A DNA stretch of 52,612 bases, counting the filler, from Jimgerdemannia flammicorona (taxonomy: Eukaryota): assembly GCA_003990765.1 (NCBI GenBank). It is 2 parts of 2 records of this genome, joined end to end, with 100 filler letters (N's around TTAATTAATTAA, not from the genome) between each part and the next. Parts side by side here need not be neighbours in the genome. Positions count along the whole stretch, not along the records: positions 26,358 to 52,612 come from RBNJ01000745.1; 1 more part is not named here. One strand, 5' to 3'. Of the stretch, positions 36,471 through 50,180 are shown one piece after another (position 1 is the stretch's first letter; each line of letters starts with the position of its first letter). The notes below the pieces were generated by a model, which was not told where the DNA came from, ran no database searches, and saw nothing but the letters and a program-made list of their open reading frames with translations. The translations under genes and the position numbers were made by a program.

Positions 36471-39400
36471 TCCAAGTCACTGAAATTGTATATTACTCTC
36501 AGAACAAATTTAGAAATCATCTGCCAGATTATGAAGCTGAGTCAAACCAAAGTTACAGATCATGAAGCTGAGTTAATATGAAGTTACAGAATATAAGATT
36601 TATGAAAATGAGATCTTACCAATCAGAACTAAAAGCATATCTATCAAACATACAGCATATCAAAATGGAGAACTACAATAAATCAAACCAAATAACCACA
36701 ACTCTCAAATTCATATATACCCAGCCATGACCACTGATGTCTACAATTATATCTGCAATAATATTTAGAATGCTATTCTCAACTGAGCCACAGTACTCTT
36801 ACTTCTCATGAATATCTATAGTTTAGTACTTCTTTATTTTATAAAAGCTTGATGGAATGTCCTGAACATATTTGGCAAGACCTACTGAATCTGATAAATC
36901 TCAAGCTACTACTGGATTGACTAGATATGGTTAATCATCACTATAATATAGATATTACTGAGATGTCACAATATCAGAAACTCATTGTTTACAAATACTG
37001 AGAACTTTTCTATAAGTATAGTATCTTATTCTCTATCTTTAAGTCACTACTGCTAAAATGGTTGCCATACTGACCTATGGTCAAATCAATGACATAGTGC
37101 TAGAACTCAACCATAAGTATATTAAGTATACTCAAACTACAGACCCTTTCTATATACTGATAACTATATCCTGCAAATACCTCAAGTTGGATATGTTATA
37201 AAAGATGCCTATGATATAATTCAGTTTAATAATAATGAAGTAGAAGACAATAACCTCTCTAATATCAACATGACCTCTAGTCAAAAATTCCTGCCAGCCC
37301 TGATCACTCTGCCAACCTTATCAATGAACTTACAATAGTTTATCACTACTTACAAGACCTATTAAGATAATGACTACTGGTATGAGTATCAACCTACATT
37401 TCCACCTAACTACATCAGCTACAATGAAGAGACTGGAGAATACAATCTATATCTCCAGATAACTCTCGAGATAGAATCAACAACTCCACCTCCTGAGTAT
37501 GAGTGAAATAAATAACAGTCACTAGTATACTACAACTCTGTAACATATTGTACTATAACCTACTGAAGGTATGCTGACAGTGAATCTGATAAAAGCAAAA
37601 ATAATACACTCCTTCTCTGCCCACCAATACCATACTCAGCATATGAGACAAATAAGATCATTCCATGAGACAGTGATATGGTTCCAATATATTACTATAT
37701 GAATGATCAGAGAGATATAATCTAAGAACTGCTCTTTTTAGATAACTACTTCATCATAAATGATATCATTAATAGTGACCTTATTGAAGAATATTCAAAT
37801 AGTATCTAAACTTATAAATAGTATAGCAGTCATTAGTATAGTTAGATTAGTCTTATACTATTTAACTATATACTAATTCAGCAAGTAGTCAATCTTTTGA
37901 CATATCAGTTCACACTTATACTATATGATTGTATTCTGACTCATCAAAGTACTAAAGTGCTATACCTATATTTAGTATAGTTCAGATAGCCCCCTATTAG
38001 TATAAATACCTACTCTCTCAGAGCTTAAAAATACAGACAAAAATATAGATGTAAGTAAGTAAAGAATACTTCTCCATACAAATATTTCTTCGTACACTAC
38101 TTTTAGCCAATAGTAATATCATGAATGGCAAATAAACCTATTTAATAACCCACAAACTACTCTTAAGTAAACTCATACTATATGAGATCTCACTTCTAAC
38201 TAGATCTCAAAATTTTCTAATTGTGTATTATTTATACAGTATATCAATTTAACTAAACTGGTCTTAGTTTCTTAAACTTTCTGAAAACCCTTCTAGAACT
38301 ATATAATGGTATTCTAATAAGGTACTCTATTACAACTTGGTAGTAGTAGTTTATAATCCAATTCTGCTTTAAGATGCTTCCTCACTTAGCTATAACCTAC
38401 AATAGAAATTTCTATAAGTTAATATTAAGCTCAATTACTGAACTGAAATTTATTCTGAATCATTTGACAAACTGAAGTAAATTGAATCTGACTTATAAAG
38501 ACAATTAGACCTTCATGTCTGTAATAAGTGGGACAAGCTTTACATAACCAAAGAAGTACTCCAATTAAATCAGCAGATAGGTGAAACCCTATTCACTGAA
38601 CTCTTTACTCTATACTCTACAAGTTAAGATGAAGAAGGTCTTATAGAAGCCTTCATTAATAATCTTAATAAGAGTTTTATAAGCTCTACCAACTCAAGTA
38701 ACCTAGGACAACTAGTAGCTATATTCCTAGTTTTGTTCCTCATAAAGCCCAAGCCTCCAAAGCTAAGTAGCTCAACTCTATTGACTATCATTACACTAGA
38801 ACCAAGACTGCCCTATACTATTGTTTCAAGAATTACAAGATCTACCATATTCTTAAAGAAGAAGCCAGAGAAACTCTTTGTTAACAACTTGACCCTGAGC
38901 CAGAAGTAGGCCTAGCTACAATCTTATCTAAACTTAAAGTAGAACCAGAACTAGCTTTTGATTTAAGCCCATCTGAAATCTGTTATATAACTGATATAAT
39001 CTACATTGATGCTGAATAAACCCAATTACATAAAGACCAAAGTGAAGAGAAGGAGGAGTATCTCACTAAATTTGATATCAGATATACTACTGAAGAAGAC
39101 AAATCTTCTTTAAGACAAAACATACCTATAGAATAACAGACAGTTATCTATCAAGCTCTTATACCAGATCTATAACAGTCACTACAACAACTTATACAGA
39201 CTCAAAGAATACCATCATACTCTATACTAGTATCTCAAGTTATATTAGTATCCCTACTATAAGTAGTTCAACTACCTTTAGTAAATAATATAGCAAACTA
39301 GTAAATCCTAGACCTCATGTTCCAGATAGCTATAATGGTAACAACCATTACTGTCCTAGCTGAATGGACCTAACCAACAAAGAGTCTGAGTTTACTTACC

Positions 39401-40339
39401 TTTAATAGTACTATATAAGAAGTCCAAAACTTCATTAGAGAGTAGATACTAACTTCAAAATCAATCAATAGACCAATGAGTGAGTTGCTAACTACCTCTC
39501 AACAAACAACCAAAACCACACTATCAAACAACTTATTGCTACTATCATGGCTTATGTCAATTGAATTATTACATTCTTCTGAGAACCCACTGAAGAATAG
39601 TAGTAAACTCTTTCTGAATTAACCCCTCATATAGGACTTCCAATCTGTTGTTATTGTCCAAAATGCAGCAAATGATGCCTCTGGATATAGAGACCACCCT
39701 ACAGCCCCTGGGCTCAAACAACTCATGAGTGCCTAATATTGTAGTGAAACTCTGATTGCCTAATCTTAAGTAAAACTCTGCAATCTCAAATTGGATATAT
39801 ATAGCAAAGAGGAGTTCAAAACCTTCTATACAAAACTTGAGTCTCTCTTGAATACTATTGGCCTAGAATATATTACCAATGATGAAGTACAGAATAGTAT
39901 AAGAGCAGACTATTTATTCAATATACTACCAGAATGGCCCATAAGAAAAATCTGAGAACAAGGATTCCTAATTGGTTGTGATTACTAACAATAGTGTCTG
40001 GCTAGAATCAAGACCATGGTTAAGTAAATCCTAACAGCTGGACCAATTCTGCCTTAAAAACAATTCAATAACAAGAAAAAATCTTAGACCAAGAATGAAG
40101 AACCCAAGTATAAAGTATTAAGCTCCCTCTATATTCACCTCTTAAATACCCCAAAATTCTGAACCCACTCAGCTGAGTATCTTTAAGAAACTCACTGAAG
40201 GAGAAAGAAATAAACTCTGAAGAAGTAGAGTATGCTTCTATTGCTGAAAGATAGAACATATGGCTAGTATCTACCCTAACTAAAAATACTATACAAAAAT
40301 ATGAGCTACTGTTAATACACTGCATCATCTCAATAATTT

Positions 40340-40760
40340 GACTACTAAGATACTAGACTTCATTAAGTTAAGGATAACAGCTATGGCCCCAATCAAAGAA
40401 AGCCAAAAAGCAGTAAGATATGACCTATATATAGCTGAAGAAGCTATAGTTTTTAATCAAGAAGCCAAGGAAGTCTATATAAGAATCAATATTCAAATTC
40501 CTGAAGAATATATTGGAAGGATATGCTGTTACAGCAGCCTAGCATTAAAAGGACTCTCAGTAGAAGGAGGAGTCATTGATGAAGATTATATAGATGAAAT
40601 TATCATTCTTATCTAAATCTATAATCAGACACTATTCAAGATTCCTATTTGTTATTATATTACTCAGATTCTACTTGAGAAAATTGAATCAATTCTGATA
40701 GTTAAGGAAGTTCCTGAACTACTATCTACTATCCAAGGATTCAAAGGATTTGGCTTATCA
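40340..40760 (+). pseudogene. dut: E3 dUTPase domain between gag and protease
   Basis: AVRYDLY, YSSLALKGLSVEGGVIDEDY, ITQILL, GFKGFG. Confidence 0.88.
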
Positions 40761-40979
40761 AAAAAAGCCCCAGCTCAACCTACTGTAAATAAGAAGGAAT
40801 AGTTTTAAAGGAAAATTGAAGATGGATTTGTACTAAGTAGTCAATACCCCCATGGTATTGAAATGTACTCTTCCCAAATAATTGATGATTGCTTCTCTTA
40901 TATCAATGAACTGATCCATCAGAGAGCCAATAGAAGAAAATCTTCTATAACTGAGATTACTATCATTAGATTGGACAAA

Positions 40980-41340
40980 CTGCTCACCCTCCAAGCTTTT
41001 ATTAATTGGGCTCCTATCAAGATTGTAATAGACAGTAGTGCATCTAGCAATTTCATTAATGAGAAAACAGTCAATATACTTAAAGTCCTGACCTCTCTGG
41101 TACAACAAACTCAAGCAGTTTCTATAGCTTATAGAACCTCATATCTCATTAGCAAGGAAGTCCACAACTTATCCTTTAGAATTATTGATACTGAGTACAT
41201 TTTACTCTCTAAATCATATTACTTTCTGACAATGAGATCATCCTTGAGACCCTATGATTAAAATAAGAGAACTCTATAATTGATTGGGTAAACTATTTTC
41301 TAATCATTAAGAAAGGATGCTACAATTTCAAACTGCAAAG
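40980..41340 (+). pseudogene. E3 aspartic protease
   Basis: INWAPIKIVIDSSASSNFI (decayed DSGA). Confidence 0.8.
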
Positions 41341-41360
41341 CAAAAACGACTCACTCAGTT

Positions 41361-42503
41361 TTTTTTTTTTTAACAGACTTGAAGTCCTGCAGATTTTTAT
41401 TAAAAGAGAACCTAGACTATATGCCAAAACCCTCCCCCACCACTTATCAAGCACCATACCCCCATTAAATCTAGGCTAGCTTTATCTAACATCTCAACCA
41501 TACTAGACACAGTAGGGCAAAATGCCTATATCTCATTCTGTACACTATGCTCTTTCTATTACTAGAGAGTAAACAACTATATATCTATAACTGAAGACAT
41601 ATGTCTGAAAACCCAATATATATATAAGACTATATATGAGTTAATTTACATAGTCCCTGCTATCTCAAGAAGAGTGGTAAAGAAAAACTCTTCTCAAAGC
41701 ACAGAATAGTAGATAGGACCTAGTTCTCTCTGATGAGGTAAATAGAGAACTTATACATGAGATGAGAGAAGACCTCCAATACCCCATTACTCAAACCTGC
41801 AGGCCTTAATTATATTGCCATATCAGCTCCTAGTTCCAGTTAAGTACAGCCAAGATATCTAATCTAGATAGCCTCAGGCCCCCCAACTACCTCCAATAAC
41901 TGGGGCCTAACTCTATATATTATGAAAAGTAGCTATGAGTGACACATACTATCTAACCACCCCATACCAATCAGAAAGTTCCACCAATACAGCACCTGCT
42001 CCAGCCCTAATAACAGTCTCTAACTTAGCACCCCACTGGTTTACCATAATCACCCTTCCTCTTATCTGTAATAGCTATCTCACCTATGCCAGCATCATAC
42101 TCACTGGGAAGCTTGTTAAAGCCCAGAGAGCCCCACTATAGATACTGAGAACCTGTAGACAATCTATACTAATACTTGACACCCAAGGTTGACTGATATT
42201 CTATATAGTCTGTGATATATTGAGATAGTATCTAGTTGATAACAGCAAAAGGAAAAAGATGCCAACATAAACAGATATGTATACTCCAGATGTAGTCAAA
42301 GATACCAGAAACTGTGAAAAAGTGAAGAAAGCACTGATCCAATACTAATAAAGAGGTACCTCAATACCATTGCCTCTTTTTCACTATACCCTTGTAGGCA
42401 CAGCAAACCAACCTAAGGTAGAGAAGGTAAAAGTAGAGGAAAGGGGACTTGGAAGGTCGCTCACCAACTCTGTAACTGGTATGGTAGTAGAGAAAAGAGT
42501 GGA
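41361..42503 (-). mobile_element. Fourth copy of the ~1.2-kb non-autonomous retroposon, inserted in E3 pol
   Basis: Poly(T) ~41359-41371; TSD GACTCACTCAGTT (41348-41360) / GACCCACTCAGTT (42504-42516). Confidence 0.9.
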
Positions 42504-44639
42504 GACCCACTCAGTTCTAGTGGCCCAGATCTAAAGATCACTTATATTAATAAACTACAGCTCAAGAAATTAGCTAAGAAATGTTCTCTCTTTGCTATCT
42601 CTATATGACTATCTAAAGGCGAACCTGAGAACCTTAGGAAGACGTTTCCAAAGTCAATAGTTCTCTTAGACCCTTATTCTAGAAATTCTGAGACATATTC
42701 TCAAAGGACCTTTCAAAAGATCTATCACCTAAATAAGCAGTAGTCCATACAATAAAGACTATTATATAATTCAGTTCAATAATAATGAAGTAGCAGATAA
42801 TGACTTCTCTGATACTGAGATAACTTCTAGCTAAAAATCTCTGCTAACTCTAATTATTCTACCAATCTTACTGATGAACTTATAATAATTTATAATCATT
42901 TATGAGACCAATTGAGATAATAATCACTTGTAAGAATACTAACCTGCATTCATATCTGACTACTTAAACTATAATAAAAAAATAGGAGAACACAATCTGT
43001 ATCTTCAGACAACCCTTGAGATTGAACTAATAATCCCATCTCCTAAGTATGAGTAATATAAAGAATAACCACCAGCCTACTATAACCCTGCAATACATAG
43101 TACTATAATCTACTAGAGGTATACTGATAGTGAATTAAATGAAAGTAAAGATAATTTATCCCTTCTCTATCCACCAATACTATATCCAGCATATGAAACA
43201 GATGATATCATCCTTGAGATGATAACTTTATTCCACTATTATATGAATAAACAGAGAGATGTAATCCAAGAGCCACTCTTCCTGGACAACCATTTCATCA
43301 GAGATAATATTATCAATAGTGACCTCATTGAAGAGTATCCAGATAGTGTCTAAAATCTATAAATAGCTTAGAAGTCATTAGTATAGTTAGATTAGACTTA
43401 TACTATATAACTGTGTTCTGACTTATTGGCCAGTTAATCTCTTAATATATTAATACACACTTTGTACTATATGACTACATTCTAACTCATTAAGCACTAA
43501 AGTGCTATATCTATATTTAGCTTAGTCCAGATAGTCTCTCATTAGTATAAATACCCCCTCCTCTAGCTCTTAGAAACTTAGACAGAAATTGATATAAGAA
43601 TCAAATAAATACTTCTTTATACAAATAAATCTAATTCATAACTTACAAAATACACTTAAGTAAATCTATACTTTATTAGATTTTACTTCTAACTAGATTT
43701 AGAAATTTCTGAATTGGATATTGTTTACAGTAATATGCTGATTTAACTAAGCTGGTCTTAGTTTTTTGAACTTCCTGAAATAAGAAAAATCCTGAACATC
43801 CAGGACAAGTCCAAGAAGAAAGGACTTTGGTTGAAATGTCAATCCAATCTCAAAATCAATAAGGATAGAGGATATACTCTATATAAAATTGATCTTGATC
43901 TTAAGAAAACAGTGTTCTAGAATATTTAGAACTTCCCAAAAACTCTTCTAGAACTATATAATAATACTCTTTAAAATACCCTCTTATAACTTGGTAGCAG
44001 CAGTTTACAATGAAATTCTGCTTCAAGATGCTTCCTCACCCAGCTATAACTCTCTACAGAAAATTTCTACAAGTTGGTATAAAGTCCATCAAATGAACTG
44101 GAATTTATTCCAAACTATCTAATAATCTAAAATAAAGTAAACCTAATATACAAGGACAATTAGACCTCTGTCTGCAATAAGTGAAATAAGCTTTATATAT
44201 AAAAACAAGTGCTCTAATTAAATCAGTAGATAAGTAACCAAACTCCTTACTCTATATCCTATAAGTCAAGCTGAAGAATATTCTATAGAAGCCTTTTTTA
44301 TAGAGTTTATAAGGTCTGTAAACTCAAGCAACCTAGAACAACCAGCAGTTGTCTTTTTAGCCTTAGTTCTACATGAAGCCCAAGCCTCTATAGTTAAGTA
44401 TCTGGTAGTATCTTACTTAGGAGCCTTATAAACTCCAGAACTATAATGAAATTGGCCTCTTTACATATTAATATAAATAGCAGGCCTGGGAAGTATATGC
44501 TTACATAATAGCCAAACTCATATTCTTCTTATCTTCTATTCTTTCTCATATTAGATATTTTGGTTTACATTTATTTGCTGTCCTTTTTTGCACCCCTCCC
44601 CTTTTACATTGCTTCTGGTAATATAATACTTTTTTATCA

Positions 44640-45100
44640 CTATAACCTACAGCCAAATCAATGATATAATACAATAACTCAATCTGAAATATATTTAGTA
44701 TGCTCAAACTATAGATAGACTCTTCCTGTACTCAGATAACTATATTCTACAAATGTCTTAAGTAGGATATACTATGAAGGATATCTATAATATAATCTCG
44801 TTTGACAATAATAAAGCAGAAGACAATAATCTCTCTGATACTGAAATGACTTTCAGCTAAGGATCTCTGCCAACCCTGATTACTCTGCCAATCTTATCAA
44901 TGAACTTACAATAGTTTATAACTATTATGAGAACTATTGGGATAATGACCACTTGCATGAATACTAATCTATATTGATACCCAACTACTTTAACTATAAT
45001 GAAGAAATAGGAGAATACAACCTATATCTTCAAACAATCCTTGAGATAGAACTAATGATTTCACCTTCAGAATATGAGTAATATTAAGGACAACTGCTAT
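44640..45100 (+). mobile_element. Third fragment of the E3 accessory-ORF region
   Basis: Aligns to ~37070-37520 (TY.QINDI...DNYILQ...GEYNLYLQ). Confidence 0.75.
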
Positions 45101-45279
45101 GACCCTACCAAAGGAAGCCAAAAAGTCATGCCTCTTGCTCTGGTAACATTTGAGTTACACAAACTTCTGGCAACACTCAAGACATCATTTTTGGAGAAAA
45201 GGTACTAGCAATATAGTAACTGATGAGTATTCCAAGGTACATACTGAGCAGGGCAGCTCTAGTGCATTTGACTAGTAGT

Positions 45280-48200
45280 ATGTGAGAGGAGTTATAGCTT
45301 AGAGAGAAGTATGAGAGGCTTGCTGACTGGGGACTAGGCAGATGAGCTTTGCAGATAAGGTAAAGTGGGGTTGTCTGATGACTAGACTGGAGGGCTGGCT
45401 GCAAAAGGGTAAGAAGATGGTGAGGACTATAGGGTCTGGTGGAGTAGTTCATGGCAGTGAGGGCAGCAGGGCTGGGGGAGTAGTGGCTGGGGGGAGTGGG
45501 ACTGCTGATGGCAAGGAGACTGCTAATTTGGAAAAAAATCCAGATATGATGATTGATAGTGGATCTGGACAGGGAGTGGGCATAAGGTCCAAGAATCTAG
45601 CAGATAGTATAACAGATCTGGTGGCAGCACTATTACCCAAGAAATCAAGATCAGAATTTGCTATTATGTTGTGTTTCTAAGGTTTAGTAGTGACAGTGAG
45701 GATGATTCAGGAACTTCTGGCCCAGGAGGTAAAGGGAGCAGCATCAGTGAAGTTTTGGAAGAGTCTGGAAGGGGTGGAGGTAGGCTTCAAGAAGGAGGAT
45801 GTACTATTGAAAGCAATGGAGAAGAGAGTAGTAACCTGGTGTTGGTGGTCAGGCAACTTCTGAAGATGGCAAGATCATGGATTTGGACTGGACAGTGAAG
45901 TCAGATATGCTGGGAGGTTCTGACTCTATCTGTTGACAGAGGTGGACTGGGCTTAGTGGACTTTACCAAGCACCTTTACTGCCTGAGAGCGTGGTGGCTA
46001 AAGAGGGTGAGTAAGTTGAGGGGCTGAAAGTGAGTACCACTCATGCAGAGGGTGTAGGAAGTCTGGTATTCCTCTCATAGAGTGATGGGTGACCTGCTTG
46101 CAATGGTGGCCCTGGATGGGAGCAAGAGGATGCATTATAAAGGCTTTTAGTGGGGAGTGGTAGATAGTGCAAGGAGAATTGGACTTCAGTAGCAGGGTGA
46201 TGAGAGAGGGACCACAGATGTGGAGATGGGACAGGCTTCTGCTGGGAGATGTACTGGTGGAGAATTTTTAGCTTAGTGATGAAATGGAATATATACAGGA
46301 TCTCAGGGGGGACCTGTGGCCTGAAGCATGGCAGAGAGTAGAGATTGGCAAAGAGTGGAACTGGAATAGTATTTGGCCCTAAAGCAAGAGAGTGATGCAG
46401 TGGCTTCCCCCCAAGTTCTGGGTGGTATGGTGGCAGTTTCTAAGACAGAATGTGATGCTGAACTATTGGTCAGAGCACTTGGTGGCAGATGGCATGTTTG
46501 AGTGAGGAATGCATAGATATTGGCCAGGAGGGGGGAGGGGTACAAACACCTGAACATTGGCTAGGAGAGTGTGAAGTTTTGGGAGAGTTTTGGCACCACA
46601 TTGAAAACTGGTTAGGACTGTGACCTCTGGTGGGGGGGGAAGGGGGGAGATGGGGGGACCTCGGCAGAAGATTAGTGGGTGGGATTGGAGATAAATGGTT
46701 GACCTTGGGATGGGCTCTGGCAATTTGGATTGGGCTGGCCAGACATTGGCTTTATGTCTTCAAGGAGGGCCAGCAGGTTGAGGTTGGGGCTAAGATAGCA
46801 CGTTGGGAATAGTTAATACTTGACATTTTGAATAATTGGTGGAGAGGGTGGGGACCAGATGGAGGGGGGGCCAGCAGAGTCTGGTGACGGGAGGGTTTGG
46901 GTGATGAGTAGCTGGTTATACTCCAGTGAGGAGTAATGGAGAGTAGGGAAGGGAATCTGAGAGGCATTGGTTGAGAGGTTGTGGATACAAATGTATTATT
47001 ATTTATAGATTGAGTGGTAATAAAGAGAAGTCTGAGTGACTATAAAAAAAATAAAAATAAAAATAAAAAAAGAGAAGCAAGTGATAATGAGAGGGGTGGC
47101 AATTTCTATGGCCTGGTACTTGTGCTGAGATCTCTGAGTAATACAGCTGATGGTGCTGAATATTCCTAGTATCAAAGGAAATGGTCAAGGGGTTGATTAT
47201 AGAGGCCATCAAGGAGTATAGAGATATTATAGATATTGGGTTTTGGGTCTATGAAAGTACAGAATTCAGGACAGGAGATGTGGATATCAGAGTGCAGCAG
47301 CAGGCAGGGAGAATATGGGGAAGGCAAGAGGCTGGCTGGCAGTTCTCAAATGGGGACCAGTGGAGTATAAGGTCTCAAGAGTGAAAGGAATGCTGGAGGA
47401 AGAAGAGGACTTGCTGAAGGCATTAAAGGATCTGACTAGAGCTGTAGATAGAAGAAGATTGGCCAGGAAGAAGTTTGAGGCCAAGACAGTTGTAGAGATT
47501 GTGAATAGCAAGAAGGTGTGGCTAAATTGGACAGCCTGGGAGTGGGTGCAGGGGAGGTACATTTAGAAGATCTGTTGGCTAAGTTGGGAGAAGGGCAGCT
47601 AGAGGGACTACTACTGAAGAAGCTAGATCAAGGGTGAGTGCCTGAGCAGAGAAGAAAGGAGCAGCACCAGAGGTGACCCCAGGAGGGGGGGAAGGCTCAG
47701 GGCTGAGTGTTTTTGTAGAGGATATGGAGATGGTAGAGGGGGAGTGCTCTCAGTATGGGGTTCCTAGTGGGGCTAGAGGAGGAGACAAATTGCAGAATGT
47801 GCTAGAGGAGGATTGGGATGAGTTAGTGAGGAGAAATACAGAGGGTGGACAGGTGGAAGGGGGGAAGAGAGTGGCCCAGGGATTGGCAGAGGCTGAGGTT
47901 AAGGAGAAATGGCTGTGAAAAATGCTTGAGAATATAGTAGCTGAGAAACTAGGGGGAGAGGACTTCCAGGTGCTGAGTAAGAGATACTGGGGTGAAATTC
48001 TGCATAGTGAGAAGGTGCTATTAAATCTCTGAGATGAGATAATGGTGGCATTGCTAGAGGCTAATACATATCAGGTAGATGATTATAGAGAGGTGCCACT
48101 TCTGGTAATTGCAAATGATAGGGCTGTATATATGTGGGGTATGAGGAAAGGGCTGGCAAAGTGGCAGATGGTATGTAAGGAGTACTGAATGAAGATGGAG

Positions 48201-50085
48201 GCTATGGTTGGTGTGGATTTTCAGGAGATCTTGGAGGCACTAGAGGCTCAGCAGGGAGAGGTGGATGAACTAGAGGTAGAGAGGAATCTAGATGTGGTTG
48301 GTGATACAGTGAGTATGGAATTATAGAGTGTACAGCTATTCTTCAAATAACATTTTTCCATATAAACAGTACAACTAAAATCTTATCTTAGAATGTCAAT
48401 GGACTATGAGGAGTGATGTGGTGGCAAAATATCTTTAGATAGCTGAAGGGGATAGAAGCTGATTTATTTCTACTGCAGGATATTAGGTGTGATAAAGACT
48501 TGGATATTCTGAACTGGATGAGGGAATGGGGTGGTGTGGCTGTTTGGCAAGGACATGTGGGAATTCTGGTTAGAAAGGGCAAGGGGGACATTAGAGACAT
48601 TGAACATTGGGGGAGCAGGGTAGTTTGGAGAGTTTGGAAGAGACCAGGCTAGAGGCCCTTAATGGTTGGATCATATTATTGTCCAGCAGAAAGAGGGAAG
48701 AGAGTGACATAGATTCAAGAACTACAAGAGTCTGGAGCATTAGTGGAGGCAGAGATTGATTGCCTAGAAGGGGACTTTAATATAATATGTGATGGAAAGC
48801 TAGACAGAACTGATAGGGGAAGGGGGATGGTAGGTAGAAGTAGTGGTATGGAAGTCTGGGAGGAAGTTGAACATTTGAGCTCTTTAGTAGATACTGGGAG
48901 ACTTTGATAGGGGGATTATAGAGTCTTTACTCACTAAGTGGTAGGGCTGTACTCAAGGATTGACTGGATGTTAACTGCTGATTACTGGGGAATTGATATC
49001 TGGAGAACTTTGAAAACTATTTGATATCTGTGGTCAGATCACTGGGGTCTTCTAGAAGGAGGGTATTTTGGAGGAAGTGGGGAGGGATCTGGACATTGAT
49101 GACTAAATACCTCCTTACTTAGAGAGCCCTCTCTATGGGAGGAGTGGGTGGTAGATATTAGTTAAAGAATTCTTAGTTGGAGAGCAGAGGGGCTGGAGAT
49201 TGGGGATTACTGGATACAACTGAAATCTGAGGCACATTGATACTGGGGAGAGGCAGGAAGGATGTGGGATACTCAGAGCAAGTGAGATAGGTCTTCCAGA
49301 GATTGGACAACTTGGGCAGAGTTGAATTATAGAGAGAATAGAGATTGGTGAATACAGTGGATCAGGCTAGAGGTGGAGGAGCTGAAGGGTATACTGAGAC
49401 AAGAGAAGGACCTACAGGTTAAGGATATGGTGGCTCAGTTGCAGTAGCAGGGATTGAAGGAGGGAGAAAGGCCTACTAAGTTTTTGTTGTGGCTTCTGCA
49501 GGTGAGGAGAGTATGACAGTAGTGAGAGGGGATTTTGGATGAGGCTAGAGAGTTGGTTGTTGGGACACTGGAGATTCTGGACCAGTTGAACAGACAGTGG
49601 GAACATTTGTAGAGTGAGGAGGATAGAGGAGTGGGGGTGCAGGATAGTGACAGATACTTGGAGGAATGGCACTCTGATCTAGCAGTGGGCTTAGGTGATC
49701 TTGGTGCTACTGTCTAAGGGGAAGAGATTCAGTGGGTTCTAATGATGATGAGCTCTGGAACTATACCTGGGGAGAATAGCTTACAGTGGGATTTTTGGAA
49801 GAAGATGGTAGGAGTTGAGTTAATCCTGGAGGAAATAACAGTAATGTGTGATGAAGTGGTTGGCTAAAGGGCATGGATTGGAGAAGAGCTTGGGTCTTAT
49901 GGCTCTGCTGTTTAAGAATAAGAGGAGGAGAGAGGAGTGGAAGAACTGGAGGCCCATCATGCTTCTAGATATGGATTGCAAACTGGTCATGAAGATACTA
50001 GTAACTAGGCTACAAGGAGTGGCTCAATAGGTTCTGGGGGCTGAGCAGAGAGGATTTGTAGGGGGACATCTGATCAAAGATGAAA
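45280..50085 (+). mobile_element. Older L1/Tx1-type LINE (ORF1, APE endonuclease, RT N-part), interrupted at 45843-47071 and truncated by the younger LINE at ~50090
   Basis: ORF1 matches 50181-52206; APE motifs LNVNGL, LLQDI, GDFN, SRIDW, SDH; NWRPIMLLD..QRGFV. Confidence 0.88.
45843..47071 (+). mobile_element. 5'-truncated LINE 3' end (same family as 26358-28267)
   Basis: Colinear with ~27017-28267; A-rich tail 47044-47071. Confidence 0.85.
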
Positions 50086-50180
50086 CAGCCTGCGCGGACG
50101 ACCTCTCTCCACTACAATTCATGTTACACACACTTTTCAACACACTTTCGAAGCATTTATTGGTAAGAGATACTAAGGCA

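Larger units (their letters stand above)
36530..44395 (+). mobile_element. E3: decayed Ty3/Gypsy family in tandem arrangement ([accessory ORF-LTR]-PBS-gag-dUT-PR-deleted pol-[accessory ORF-LTR]-PBS-gag start)
   Basis: LTR ends at 38334 and 43988, each followed by ACT-TGGTAG(T/C)AG PBS and the same gag start; ~37200-38280 repeats at ~42755-43720; left boundary uncertain. Confidence 0.75.

Noticed and set aside
36530..36591. 31-bp direct repeats considered as a CRISPR-like array
   Set aside because: Two adjacent units without spacers, in an LTR context in a eukaryote
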